Source: an uncultured Alphaproteobacteria bacterium
GTDB taxonomy: Bacteria; Pseudomonadota; Alphaproteobacteria; JAPOUT01; G958296285
DNA length: 64,000 nt
Direction of reading: 5' to 3'
Assembly (NCBI GenBank): GCA_958296285.1
Contig: OY282459.1
Coordinates: forward strand, 1,208,336 to 1,272,335
Shown here: positions 10,770 to 19,596 of the stretch, piece by piece
Position numbering within the stretch: the stretch's first letter is position 1
Layout of the letters: each line of letters opens with the position of its first letter
Made by a program: the position numbers and the translations under genes
The notes under the pieces: model-generated
What the model was told of the DNA's origin: nothing
The model's database searches: none
The model's input: the letters and a program-made list of their open reading frames with translations, nothing else

Positions 10770-11402
10770 ATGCGAAAAACCCCAAAAATCCAAAAAACCA
10801 CAAAAGCCAAAAGCCCGATCATGGCAAGCCTGATGGCGATCCTCATGCCATGCTGGGCGGCGGCGCAGGAGGGCAATGTGGAAAACAGAATCCATATGGA
10901 GCTGGAAACAGGACTCGTCATCATAGAGCTGAACGACAAAAGCGCGCCGCTTCACGCGCAGCGCATTCGGCGGCTGGCGCGGGAGGGCTTTTATGACGGC
11001 GTCATATTCCACCGCGTCATAGACGGCTTCATGGCGCAGACAGGCGATCCGACAGGCACCGGCAGAGGCGGATCCTCTTACAAAGATCTGAAGGCGGAGT
11101 TCTCCAGCATTCCGTTTCGGCGCGGCACGGTCGGCATGGCGCGCGCCAACGATCCGGACAGCGCGAACAGCCAGTTCTTCATCTGCTTTCAGGACGCGCT
11201 CTTTCTGAACGGACAATACACAGTGATCGGGCAGGTCATCGCCGGCATGGATCGCGTGGACGCCATCGCCAGAGGCGAGCCGCCCGCCAATCCTGATAAA
11301 ATCTTGCGCCTCTATGTCGCTTCCGCCGCCGACAGCCAATCGCCTGAAAGCCCGCCAGCTGACGCGCCGCCGCCCGCCGCCCCAACGGAAGAGACTCCAT
11401 GA
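10770..11402 (+). CDS. Cyclophilin-type peptidyl-prolyl isomerase, secreted
   Basis: FHRVIDGFMAQTGDP and SQFFICF motifs. A signal peptide follows the start MRKTPK at 10770. Confidence 0.85.
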   Translation: MRKTPKIQKTTKAKSPIMASLMAILMPCWAAAQEGNVENRIHMELETGLVIIELNDKSAPLHAQRIRRLAREGFYDGVIFHRVIDGFMAQTGDPTGTGRGGSSYKDLKAEFSSIPFRRGTVGMARANDPDSANSQFFICFQDALFLNGQYTVIGQVIAGMDRVDAIARGEPPANPDKILRLYVASAADSQSPESPPADAPPPAAPTEETP

Positions 11403-12484
11403 TGGATATGGCGAGCGAAGCGCCTCCTGCCGCCTCGCCTCTTTCCCCCGATCTCTTTGATTTTGACGTCCCCGAAGATCGCATCGCGCTTCGCCCGGCG
11501 CGCCCCCGATCCTCGGCGCGCTTGCTTGTCGCGCCGTCCGAGGGCGCTTTCCAAGATCGGCGCGTAAAGGATCTGCCGGCGCTCCTTCCGCCCGGAATCG
11601 CCGTGCTGAACGATACGCGCGTCATCGCGGCGCGGCTTCGCGGAAAGAAATCCACAGGCGGCGCGGTGGAAGCGCTGCTCCTCAAGCGGCTCGGCCCCGA
11701 TTTTTGGCGCGTCATGCTCCGCCCTCAGAGGCGAATCAAACGGGGCGACAGGATTCTCTTCGCGGACGGGCTGGAAGCGATCCTCTCCGAAGATGCGAGC
11801 GCGGCGGGCGCGGCGCTTCGCTTCTCTCTGAAAGGCGCGGCGCTTCATCGCTGGATCGCGCGGCATGGCGAGACGCCTCTGCCGCCCTATATCCAAAAAC
11901 GCCGCCCCGCCGACAAGCGCGACAAGGAGGATTACCAAACCCTCCACGCCAAGACCGAAGGCGCGGTCGCCGCGCCGACCGCCGGGCTTCATATCACGCC
12001 GCAGCTTCTGTCCGCGCTCAAAAAAAAAGGCGTGGAGACGGCGTTCCTGACGCTCCACACCGGCGCGGCGAGTTTCGCGCCTGTGCGGGAGAAGAATGTC
12101 CGCGCGCATAAAATGGGGGCGGAGGAGGGCGTCCTTTCCGCCCAGACGGCGCGGCGCGTCAATGCGGCGCGGGCGCGGGGCGGGATCGTCCTCGCTGTCG
12201 GCACGACAGCGCTCCGCCTCTTGGAAAGCGCCGCGGACGATCAAGGCGCGCTCAGACCTTTTCAAGGAGAGACGGCGCTTTTTATTCTGCCGGGCTATCG
12301 GTTCAAGATCGTGGATGCGCTTTTGACGAATTTCCATCAGCCGCGCTCCACGCTTTTCATGCTGGTCGCGGCTTTCGGCGGTCTGCGGCGCATGGGCGAG
12401 GCTTACGCCCACGCGCTCAAAAACTCCTATCGCTTTCACTCCTATGGCGACGCCTGCCTCATCTTGCGCGATGGCGGCGTTTGA
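11399..12484 (+). CDS. queA: S-adenosylmethionine:tRNA ribosyltransferase-isomerase
   Basis: 361 aa, QueA-like throughout (PLPPYI, LTNFHQPRSTL), immediately upstream of tgt. Confidence 0.9.
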   Translation: MMDMASEAPPAASPLSPDLFDFDVPEDRIALRPARPRSSARLLVAPSEGAFQDRRVKDLPALLPPGIAVLNDTRVIAARLRGKKSTGGAVEALLLKRLGPDFWRVMLRPQRRIKRGDRILFADGLEAILSEDASAAGAALRFSLKGAALHRWIARHGETPLPPYIQKRRPADKRDKEDYQTLHAKTEGAVAAPTAGLHITPQLLSALKKKGVETAFLTLHTGAASFAPVREKNVRAHKMGAEEGVLSAQTARRVNAARARGGIVLAVGTTALRLLESAADDQGALRPFQGETALFILPGYRFKIVDALLTNFHQPRSTLFMLVAAFGGLRRMGEAYAHALKNSYRFHSYGDACLILRDGGV

Positions 12485-13595
12485 ATTCCAGCTGGAGGCG
12501 CAGGACGGCAAGGCGCGCGCCGCGCGGATGACAACGCCGCATGGCATTGTCCAAACGCCGCTCTTCATGCCTGTCGGGACGGTCGGCGCGGTCAAGGCGA
12601 TCATGCCGGAGCAGCTTGCCGCGAGCGGCGTCAAGATTCTCCTCGCCAACGCCTATCATCTTCTTCTGCGCCCGGGCATAGAGCGCGTGCGGCGTCTCGG
12701 AGGCTTGCGCCGATTCATGAACTGGAAGGGCGCGATCCTCACCGATTCCGGCGGCTTTCAGATCATGTCGCTCTCCAAAATGGTTAAAATAGACGAGGAC
12801 GGCGCGTCCTTCCGATCCCATATTGACGGAACGCTCCATCGGCTGACTCCGGAAAAATGCGCCGAAATCCAATGCGCCCTCGGATCCGACATCCAAATGC
12901 AGTTGGACGAATGCGTGGCGTGGCCGGCGCGCGAAAATCGCGCCGAAGAGGCGATGGCGCGATCTCTCCGATGGGCGGCGCGCGCGCGCGACGCCTTCAT
13001 CAACAGCCCGCAGAGACGGGAAGGGCAGGCGCTTTTCGGAATCGCGCAGGGCGGCGTCTATCCTTCGCTCCGCCGCGCTTCGGCAGAGGCGCTTTGCGAG
13101 ATGGGCTTTGACGGATACGCCATAGGCGGCTTGGCGGTCGGCGAAGGGCAGGAAATGATGCTCCAAACTCTCGCCGAAACGCTCCCCCATCTCCCCGAAA
13201 ACGCCCCGCGCTATCTGATGGGAGTCGGAACGCCAAGCGATCTGTTGGAAGCCGTCCGACTCGGCGTGGATATGTTTGACTGCGTTCTGCCGGCGCGCGA
13301 GGCGCGTCATGGGCATGTTTATTTGGGGGCGGCGCGCGTCAATCTCCGAAACGCCGCCTTCGCCGAAGACGCCGCGCCGCTGGACGCCAAAAGCGACTGT
13401 CCCGCATCTTCCGGCTACAGCCGCGCCTATCTGCATCATCTTCTGAAAATCGGCGAGCCGCTTGCGGCAACCCTCCTCACATGGCATAATATGGATAATT
13501 TCCAGAAACTGATGCGCCGCGCGCGTCAGGCGATCATGGAAGGGCGCTACGAATCCTATTGTCAGAGGCTTCTCTCAGGCGAGACCCTTTTATGA
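12471..13595 (+). CDS. tgt: Queuine tRNA-ribosyltransferase
   Basis: TPLFMPVGT, LTDSGGFQ and GGLAVGE motifs. The start MAAFEF at 12471 overlaps the queA end. Confidence 0.9.
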   Translation: MAAFEFQLEAQDGKARAARMTTPHGIVQTPLFMPVGTVGAVKAIMPEQLAASGVKILLANAYHLLLRPGIERVRRLGGLRRFMNWKGAILTDSGGFQIMSLSKMVKIDEDGASFRSHIDGTLHRLTPEKCAEIQCALGSDIQMQLDECVAWPARENRAEEAMARSLRWAARARDAFINSPQRREGQALFGIAQGGVYPSLRRASAEALCEMGFDGYAIGGLAVGEGQEMMLQTLAETLPHLPENAPRYLMGVGTPSDLLEAVRLGVDMFDCVLPAREARHGHVYLGAARVNLRNAAFAEDAAPLDAKSDCPASSGYSRAYLHHLLKIGEPLAATLLTWHNMDNFQKLMRRARQAIMEGRYESYCQRLLSGETLL

Positions 13596-14311
13596 ATATA
13601 AGAATCTCTTCCGCGATCCGCGCCGCCCTCCCAGCCGCTTTGCTGTTCCTGACGCTGACAGGCTGCGCGCCTTACGCATGGAGGCAGAGCGCTCTGATCT
13701 CTTCCGCCAAGAAAGGCGCGGCTTCGGGCGATCTCGCCTCCGCCATACGCCTCGCCGTCATGTATGAGACCGGCGCGCTCGTCAGGAAAGATCCGAAGCG
13801 CGCCGCCCATTGGCATCTGCAAGCCGCCGAGGCGGGCGATCCCGAATCGCAGCGTGTCGTGGCGCTTCTCTATCGCGAGGGGCGGGGCTTGGAGAAGAGC
13901 GAGACCAGCGCCGCGCGATGGATGCTCGCCGCCGCCAGACAAGGCGATCTCCTCGCCCAAAGAGAGATGGGGCTTTTCTACAAAAAGGGCGAGGGCATTC
14001 GCAAAGACATGAAAAAGGCGCTCTTCTGGCTGCGAAAGGCGTCTGAGGGCGGCGAGGCGGAGGCGCAATACGCGCTCGGCGCGATCTATGACGAGGGGCT
14101 GGACGGATCGCGCGATCCTTCCCGCGCTTATATTTGGTTCGCCCTCGCCGCTCTGAACGGGAAGGGCGGCGCGCTTTGGCGCGACCATCTGCGCGCGCGC
14201 GATCGGATCGCCCGCGAACTCAGCCCGATAGAATTCGTCCGCGCCGCCCATAAGGTTCGGACGCTCTGGCGGAATCAGCGAGCGAGAAAGCGAAATAAGG
14301 AGGGCGCGTGA
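13592..14311 (+). CDS. Sel1-repeat lipoprotein
   Basis: Lipobox LTGC. It has repeated Sel1-type units of the form A..WY.KAA..G...AQ..LG..Y..G. ATGA overlap with tgt. Confidence 0.8.
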   Translation: MNIRISSAIRAALPAALLFLTLTGCAPYAWRQSALISSAKKGAASGDLASAIRLAVMYETGALVRKDPKRAAHWHLQAAEAGDPESQRVVALLYREGRGLEKSETSAARWMLAAARQGDLLAQREMGLFYKKGEGIRKDMKKALFWLRKASEGGEAEAQYALGAIYDEGLDGSRDPSRAYIWFALAALNGKGGALWRDHLRARDRIARELSPIEFVRAAHKVRTLWRNQRARKRNKEGA

Positions 14312-14312
14312 A

Positions 14313-14729
14313 ATGAGACGATTCTTGATTGCCGCGGCGATGCTCGCGGGGCTTGCCGCTTGCGGCGAGATTTTTGACATTGCTCTGGATGAGGCGAAAA
14401 AGGGAGACGTGGAATCGCAGGCTGCTGTCGCCGGCATGTATTTCCATGGCTGGGGGGTGGAGAAAAACGAGACGCAAGCCTTCTTCTGGTATAAGAAAGC
14501 CGCGGATCAGGGTCATGTGGAGAGTTTGCATCTTGTCGGGCTTCTTTCGGCGAGGGGCGTCGGGACAAAGAAAGACGCAATTCGCGCCTATATCTATCTG
14601 ACTCTCGCCGAGGAGCGGGGCTATCAAGACGACAGCCGCGTCTTGGAGGCGCTGATAGCCGAGATGTCGCCGCAGGACATCGCGGAAGCGAAAACCGCGC
14701 TCGCGCGCCTCAAGGCGAGCGCCCTATGA
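14313..14729 (+). CDS. Sel1-repeat lipoprotein (short)
   Basis: Lipobox LAAC and two to three Sel1 units. Its stop overlaps the cysD start (ATGA). Confidence 0.75.
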   Translation: MRRFLIAAAMLAGLAACGEIFDIALDEAKKGDVESQAAVAGMYFHGWGVEKNETQAFFWYKKAADQGHVESLHLVGLLSARGVGTKKDAIRAYIYLTLAEERGYQDDSRVLEALIAEMSPQDIAEAKTALARLKASAL

Positions 14730-15520
14730 CGCCGATGGACGCTCTGGAAAGCCAGAGCATCTATATTTTCCGCGAGGCTTTCGCGAAAGTGAAGAATCTG
14801 GCGATGCTCTGGTCGCTGGGCAAGGATTCCAACGTCATGATCCATTTGGCGCGGAAGGCGTTTTTCGGGACAGTGCCTTTTCCGGCGCTGCATGTGGATA
14901 CAGGCAGGAAATTCCAAGAGATGTATGATTTTCGCGATCAATACGCCAAAGAGTGGCGGTTGAACTTCTTGCGCGAGACTTGTCCGCCTCTGGAAGAGAT
15001 GGACGAAACTCTGCCGCCGGCGGCCAGATCGGCGGCGCGGAAAACGGCGGGGCTGCGTCTCGCCATTCAGAAGCACGGCTTTGAAGCGCTCTTCGCGGGC
15101 ATCCGCCGCGATGAGGAAGCGACTCGCGCCAAAGAGCGCGTTTTTAGTCCGCGCGGTCTCGCCGGGCGCTGGGACTTTCGCGATCAGCCGCCGGAATTCT
15201 GGGATCAGTATAAGACCGAATTCCCGAAAGGGACGCATCTCCGAATTCATCCGATCCTGCATTGGACCGAGACCGACATATGGGAATATACGCTGCGCGA
15301 ATCTATTCCGGTGATCCCGCTCTATTTCGCGCGAGACGGCAAAAGATATCGCTCGCTCGGCGATCACGACATCACATTCCCGATGGAAAGCGAAGCCGCC
15401 ACAGTGGAAGAGATCATCGCCGAACTCCGAGACACCAAAACCGCCGAGCGCGCCGGACGCGCCATGGATCATGAAGAAGAAGGCGGTTTTGAACGGCTTC
15501 GCGCGGATGGCTATCTGTAA
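14726..15520 (+). CDS. cysD: Sulfate adenylyltransferase subunit 2
   Basis: PAPS-reductase-fold motif WSLGKDS, CysD-like throughout, followed by cysN. Confidence 0.9.
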   Translation: MTPMDALESQSIYIFREAFAKVKNLAMLWSLGKDSNVMIHLARKAFFGTVPFPALHVDTGRKFQEMYDFRDQYAKEWRLNFLRETCPPLEEMDETLPPAARSAARKTAGLRLAIQKHGFEALFAGIRRDEEATRAKERVFSPRGLAGRWDFRDQPPEFWDQYKTEFPKGTHLRIHPILHWTETDIWEYTLRESIPVIPLYFARDGKRYRSLGDHDITFPMESEAATVEEIIAELRDTKTAERAGRAMDHEEEGGFERLRADGYL

Positions 15521-15526
15521 GCGCCC

Positions 15527-17431
15527 ATGACAAAACGCCCGCCGAGCGCGCCGCGCCCTCCGCTCCCGATCGTCATTGTCGGACATGTGGATCACGGAAA
15601 ATCCACCGTCATCGGAAGACTCCTCTTTGAGACGAACAGTCTTCCGGAAGGCAAGGCGGAATCTGTCCGCGCCACCTCTGAAAAGCGCGGAATGCCCTTT
15701 GAGTGGGCTTTCGTCCTAGACGCTCTCCAAGCCGAGCGCGATCAGGGAATCACGATTGACACGACCCAAATCCGCTTCCAAACGAAAGCCAGACGCTACA
15801 TTCTGATAGACGCGCCGGGCCATGTGGAATTCTTGAAAAATATGATCACCGGCGCGGCGCAGGCCAAGGCGGCGCTTCTCGTCATGGACGCCGAAGAGGG
15901 CGCGCGCGACCAAACCCGACAGCACGCCTTCCTTCTCCATCTGATGGGATTGGAGACGATCGCCGTCATCATCAATAAGATGGATCGGGTCGGCTATCAG
16001 GAGCGGCGCTTTCAAGAACTGCGAGACAGCATCGGGCGGACGCTCCATGAGATGAATCTCAAAGTTTCGGGGGTCATTCCGGTCTCGGCGCGGGAGGGCG
16101 AGAATATCGCCGCGCCATCGGCTCATATGGCGTGGCATCGGGGCGAGACGCTGACGGCGCTGTTGGATTCTTTGCCTGACGCTCCATCGCAGAGCGAGAA
16201 GCCTCTGCGCTTTCCGATTCAGGACATCTACAAATTTGACGAGCGCCGCATCATCGCCGGGCGCATAGAGAGCGGGAGGCTGAAGGAGGGGGATCGTCTG
16301 CTGTTCTCGCCGTCCAATAAGAGCGCTGTCGTTTCCAGTTTGGAGAGCTGGCCGCCTCGTGAAGGGCGCGGATTCTCGGCGGAGGCGGGCGAGGCGGTTG
16401 GCGTCATGTTGGACAGGCAGCTTTTCTTGGAGCGCGGCGAGCTGGCGAGTCATCAGAGCGATCCGCCTTTTTTGAGCGATATCTTTCGCGCGCGGATTTT
16501 TTGGCTTGGCAGGCATCCGCTGACGCCTTCCGTTTCTTTGGTGATGAAGCGGGCGACTTCGGAGTTTTCTGTCGTTTTGCAGAGCGTGGAGCGCGTCATA
16601 GACGCGGCGTCGTTGGAGGAGGTTTCTGGCGAGAGGGTTTCGCGCAATCAGGTCGCGGACATTATTTTGCGCGCGCCGTCTTTGCAGGCGCTGGATTCTT
16701 TCGGCGAGAATGGTTTGATGGGGCGGTTTGTTTTGCTTGATGGTCGTGATATTGCCGGCGGCGGGGTTGTGTCGTTGGATGGTTATGCGGATCAGCGTCC
16801 TATTTTGGAGGCGCGGATGCGTGATGTCTCGCGCGTTTCGCACAAGGTTTCGCCGCGCGAGCGCGAGCTTCGCGCGCGTCATCGGGGCGGCGTTTTGTGG
16901 CTGACGGGCTTGTCGGGATCGGGGAAATCCACGCTTGCTTTCGCGTTGGAGAAGACGTTGTTTGATTTGGGTTATGGGGTTTATGTTTTGGACGGCGACA
17001 ATATTCGTCATGGGTTGAGCGAGGATTTGGGATTTTCGGTTGAGGATCGTTCTGAGAACATTCGGCGCGTGGCTGAGGCGGCGTCTCTTTTCGCGGATGC
17101 GGGGTTTGTGGCGCTTGTGTCGTTCATTTCGCCGATGCGGTCGGACAGGGCTCGGGCGCGGGGGATCATTCCGAATTTTCATGAGGTTCATGTCAGCGCG
17201 GATTTAGAGACGTGCGAGGCTCGTGATCCGAAGGGGTTATATAAGCGGGCGCGTGGGGGTGAGATTGAGGATTTTACGGGGGTATCGGCGGATTATGAGG
17301 TTCCTGAGGGGGCGGAGTTGGTTTTGGATACGGGGGTTGAGGGGGTTGAGGATTCTTTGCGGCGGTTGGTGGAGTATGTTGAGGGGCGGTTTCGGTTGGT
17401 TCCGGAGGGCGTTTCGGATTACGAGATTTGA
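15527..17431 (+). CDS. cysN: Bifunctional sulfate adenylyltransferase subunit 1 / adenylylsulfate kinase
   Basis: GTPase motifs [14 protein letters not shown] and NKMD. The C-terminal APS kinase has [18 protein letters not shown] and FISP. Confidence 0.9.
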   Translation: MTKRPPSAPRPPLPIVIVGHVDHGKSTVIGRLLFETNSLPEGKAESVRATSEKRGMPFEWAFVLDALQAERDQGITIDTTQIRFQTKARRYILIDAPGHVEFLKNMITGAAQAKAALLVMDAEEGARDQTRQHAFLLHLMGLETIAVIINKMDRVGYQERRFQELRDSIGRTLHEMNLKVSGVIPVSAREGENIAAPSAHMAWHRGETLTALLDSLPDAPSQSEKPLRFPIQDIYKFDERRIIAGRIESGRLKEGDRLLFSPSNKSAVVSSLESWPPREGRGFSAEAGEAVGVMLDRQLFLERGELASHQSDPPFLSDIFRARIFWLGRHPLTPSVSLVMKRATSEFSVVLQSVERVIDAASLEEVSGERVSRNQVADIILRAPSLQALDSFGENGLMGRFVLLDGRDIAGGGVVSLDGYADQRPILEARMRDVSRVSHKVSPRERELRARHRGGVLWLTGLSGSGKSTLAFALEKTLFDLGYGVYVLDGDNIRHGLSEDLGFSVEDRSENIRRVAEAASLFADAGFVALVSFISPMRSDRARARGIIPNFHEVHVSADLETCEARDPKGLYKRARGGEIEDFTGVSADYEVPEGAELVLDTGVEGVEDSLRRLVEYVEGRFRLVPEGVSDYEI

Positions 17432-17432
17432 T

Positions 17433-17633
17433 GGCTTGCTCCCGTTTTAGTGGCTTGCTCCCGTTGAGGGGGGTTTGGGGGGCTAGCCCCCCAAAAAAAG
17501 AGGGGGATCGGGGGGGAATCCCCCCCGAAAAGCGCGTGGGTGGGGTGGGGAAAAAGCATTTGCGAAGCGAGTGAAACGAGCAAGCAAATGCGACCCCACC
17601 CACGCGCCCCCTGCTAGAAGAGCTCTTGCGAGA
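17433..17633. repeat. Palindromic repeat family, locus R1 (left arm)
   Basis: GGCTTGCTCCCGTT (x2), then GGGGGGTTTGGGGGGCTAGCCCCCCAA, then GGGGGGGAATCCCCCCC. A nested hairpin follows: GCGTGGGTGGGGT...GCATTTGC...GCAAATGC...ACCCCACCCACGC. It ends with the centre CTGCTAGAAGAGCTCTTGCGAG. Confidence 0.9.
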
Positions 17634-17697
17634 AGACCTTCTTGCTTCGCGGCTTCGTCCGTGTCAGAATCAAATCACCTTCACAGGAGACCAAAAG

Positions 17698-17967
17698 ATG
17701 TGGGCGACCATCACGCAGGCGATAGGATCGGGGGGAACGGCTCTCGCTTTGATAGCCATCGGCATTGTTTTGGCTAAAGTCTTTCAGCACGACAGAGACA
17801 TTCACGCTCTGCAAGAGCAGGTGGCGACTCTCATCGCGCAGGTTCAGAAACTTGAGGTTTCCATTGCCAAACTGCAAGTTTCCATCGCCAATTTGAACGA
17901 TCTCGTCAGACAGACTTTGCAATCGCCGCAGAGTTCGGGGACAGAAAAACCGCCTCTTGACAGATAA
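17698..17967 (+). CDS. Small membrane-anchored coiled-coil protein (hypothetical)
   Basis: ATG at 17698 preceded by CAGGAGA. It has an N-terminal TM helix (GGTALALIAIGIVLAKVF) followed by heptad-like LQEQVATLIAQVQKLEVSIAKLQVSIANL. It sits between inverted arms R1 and R2. Confidence 0.5.
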   Translation: MWATITQAIGSGGTALALIAIGIVLAKVFQHDRDIHALQEQVATLIAQVQKLEVSIAKLQVSIANLNDLVRQTLQSPQSSGTEKPPLDR

Positions 17968-17970
17968 GAG

Positions 17971-18137
17971 CCTCTTGAAGAGCTCTTGCGAGCAGGGGGC
18001 GCGTGGGTGGGTCGCATTTGCTCGCTCGCTACTCTCGCTTCGCAAATGCTCTTTTCCCACCCACCCACGCGTTTTCGGGGGGATTCCCCCCGACCCCCCC
18101 TTTTCTCAAGGGGGGCAAGCCCCCCTTGACCCCCCTT
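17971..18137. repeat. Palindromic repeat family, locus R2 (right arm, inverted relative to R1)
   Basis: Reads as the reverse complement of the R1 modules: GAAGAGCTCTTGCGAGCAGGGGG, GCGTGGGTGGGTCGCATTTGC...GCAAATGC, GGGGGGATTCCCCCC, GGGGGGCAAGCCCCCC, CACGGGAG. Confidence 0.9.
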
Positions 18138-18224
18138 CACGGGAGCCCCCAATTGCAACATAGAGATAAAAAAATTGACCCCCACCCCTTTGCCCTATCC
18201 TAATCCCTCGCCTAATCTCAAATC

Positions 18225-19574
18225 ATGACACACATCACCATCATCATCCTCGCCGCAGGACAAGGCAAACGCATGGGAACCCAAACCCCCAAAGTCCTCA
18301 ACCCCATCGCAGGACAATCCATGCTCGCCCACACCCTCAACGCCGCCAAACACACCCCCAACGCCAAATATATCCTCGTCTCCCCACCCAACCAAAAAAC
18401 CATCACAGCCGAAGCCAAACGCGTCATCCCCCATATCGCCATCGCAACCCAAACAAACCCAAAAGGAACAGCCCACGCCGTCCAAATCGCGCTCCAATCA
18501 ACCCCAACCCCCCAAAACAAAGGACATATCCTCATCCTCTATGGCGACACCCCCCTGATCCAACAATCCACAATCGCCAAAATGCTACAAACCCTCAACG
18601 AAAACGCCGACTGCGCCATCTGCGCCTTCCACGAACCCCACGCCCCAGGCTACGGAAAACTCCTAGAAAACGCGAAGGGCGAAACCATCGCCATCGCCGA
18701 AGATGACGGCAGCCCCATCCCATCGCATCTCCGCGACACAGGATGGAAAAACGCAGGCTTCCTCGCTATCCACGCCGAAAAATTAACCCCGCTCCTCCCT
18801 AAAATCACCAGCGACAACCCCCAAAAAGAACGATACCTCACCGATCTTGTCGCCCTCGCCGCCGCGCGAGGCTTCTCATGCCGCCGCGTGGAATGCGAAA
18901 AATCCGAATCTCTCGGCGCGAACAACCTCGCCGAACTCGCCCAGCTGGAAGCCGTCTATCAAAACCGCCTCCGCCAAAAAATGATGCGAAACGGCGTCCG
19001 CCTCACAGCCCCCGACACCGTCCATTTCTCCTTTGACACCCGCCTGGAAAAAGGCGTCTCGGTCGCGCCCTATGTCGTCTTCGGGCGAGGAGTCCGGGCA
19101 GGGCAGGGCGCGACCATCCACGCCTTCTCCCATATTGAAGGCGCGGAAATCGCCGAAGGCGCGGAAATCGGCCCCTTCGCGCGGATTCGTCCGGGCGCGT
19201 CCATCGGCAAAGAGGCGCGCATCGGCAATTTCGTGGAAGTCAAAAACAGCGCGCTCGCCAAAGGCGTCAAAGCGAGCCACCTCGCCTATATCGGAGACGC
19301 CGAAATCGGCGCGGAAGCGAATATCGGCGCAGGCGTCATCACATGCAACTATGACGGCGCGGAGAAACATAAGACCAAAATCGGCGACAGCGCCTTTGTC
19401 GGCTCCAACAGCGCTCTGATCGCGCCTGTCCGCATAGGGGCGGGCGCTTATGTCGGCTCCGGCAGCGTCATAGAAGAGGATGTCGCCCCCGATTCTCTCG
19501 CCCTCGCCCGCGCCAAACAGATCGTCAAAACAGGCTGGGCGGCGAAATGGCGCAAGCGCCGCGGCTCGGCTTAA
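18225..19574 (+). CDS. glmU: Bifunctional GlcNAc-1-P uridyltransferase / GlcN-1-P acetyltransferase
   Basis: LAAGQGKRM N-terminal motif, C-terminal left-handed beta-helix hexapeptide repeats, followed by glmS. Confidence 0.9.
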   Translation: MTHITIIILAAGQGKRMGTQTPKVLNPIAGQSMLAHTLNAAKHTPNAKYILVSPPNQKTITAEAKRVIPHIAIATQTNPKGTAHAVQIALQSTPTPQNKGHILILYGDTPLIQQSTIAKMLQTLNENADCAICAFHEPHAPGYGKLLENAKGETIAIAEDDGSPIPSHLRDTGWKNAGFLAIHAEKLTPLLPKITSDNPQKERYLTDLVALAAARGFSCRRVECEKSESLGANNLAELAQLEAVYQNRLRQKMMRNGVRLTAPDTVHFSFDTRLEKGVSVAPYVVFGRGVRAGQGATIHAFSHIEGAEIAEGAEIGPFARIRPGASIGKEARIGNFVEVKNSALAKGVKASHLAYIGDAEIGAEANIGAGVITCNYDGAEKHKTKIGDSAFVGSNSALIAPVRIGAGAYVGSGSVIEEDVAPDSLALARAKQIVKTGWAAKWRKRRGSA

Positions 19575-19596
19575 TTGATCGGGGGCATGGGGGCTG

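Noticed and set aside
17366-17372. Recurrent TTGGTGG heptamers in the G/T-rich left flanks (17366-17372, 34557-34563, 53794-53800) as candidate Chi-like sites oriented toward the palindromes.
   Set aside because: In sequence this G/T-rich such words are expected by chance. I cannot assess enrichment or orientation bias by eye, and the Chi sequence of this organism is unknown. I keep it only as an idea under the skew finding.
17274-18203. Track ORFs inside repeats that encode Pro/Gly-rich peptides (such as ...GGIPPDPPFLKGGKPPLTPL...). Examples: 17274..17603, 17957..18163, 18003..18203, 26857..27045, 31282..31509, 32912..33109, 35492..35722, 40928..41218, 45399..45726.
   Set aside because: They are translations of the repeat modules themselves, and the same peptide words recur wherever the repeat occurs, on either strand. 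They lack RBS context and overlap hairpins. I treat them as non-coding.
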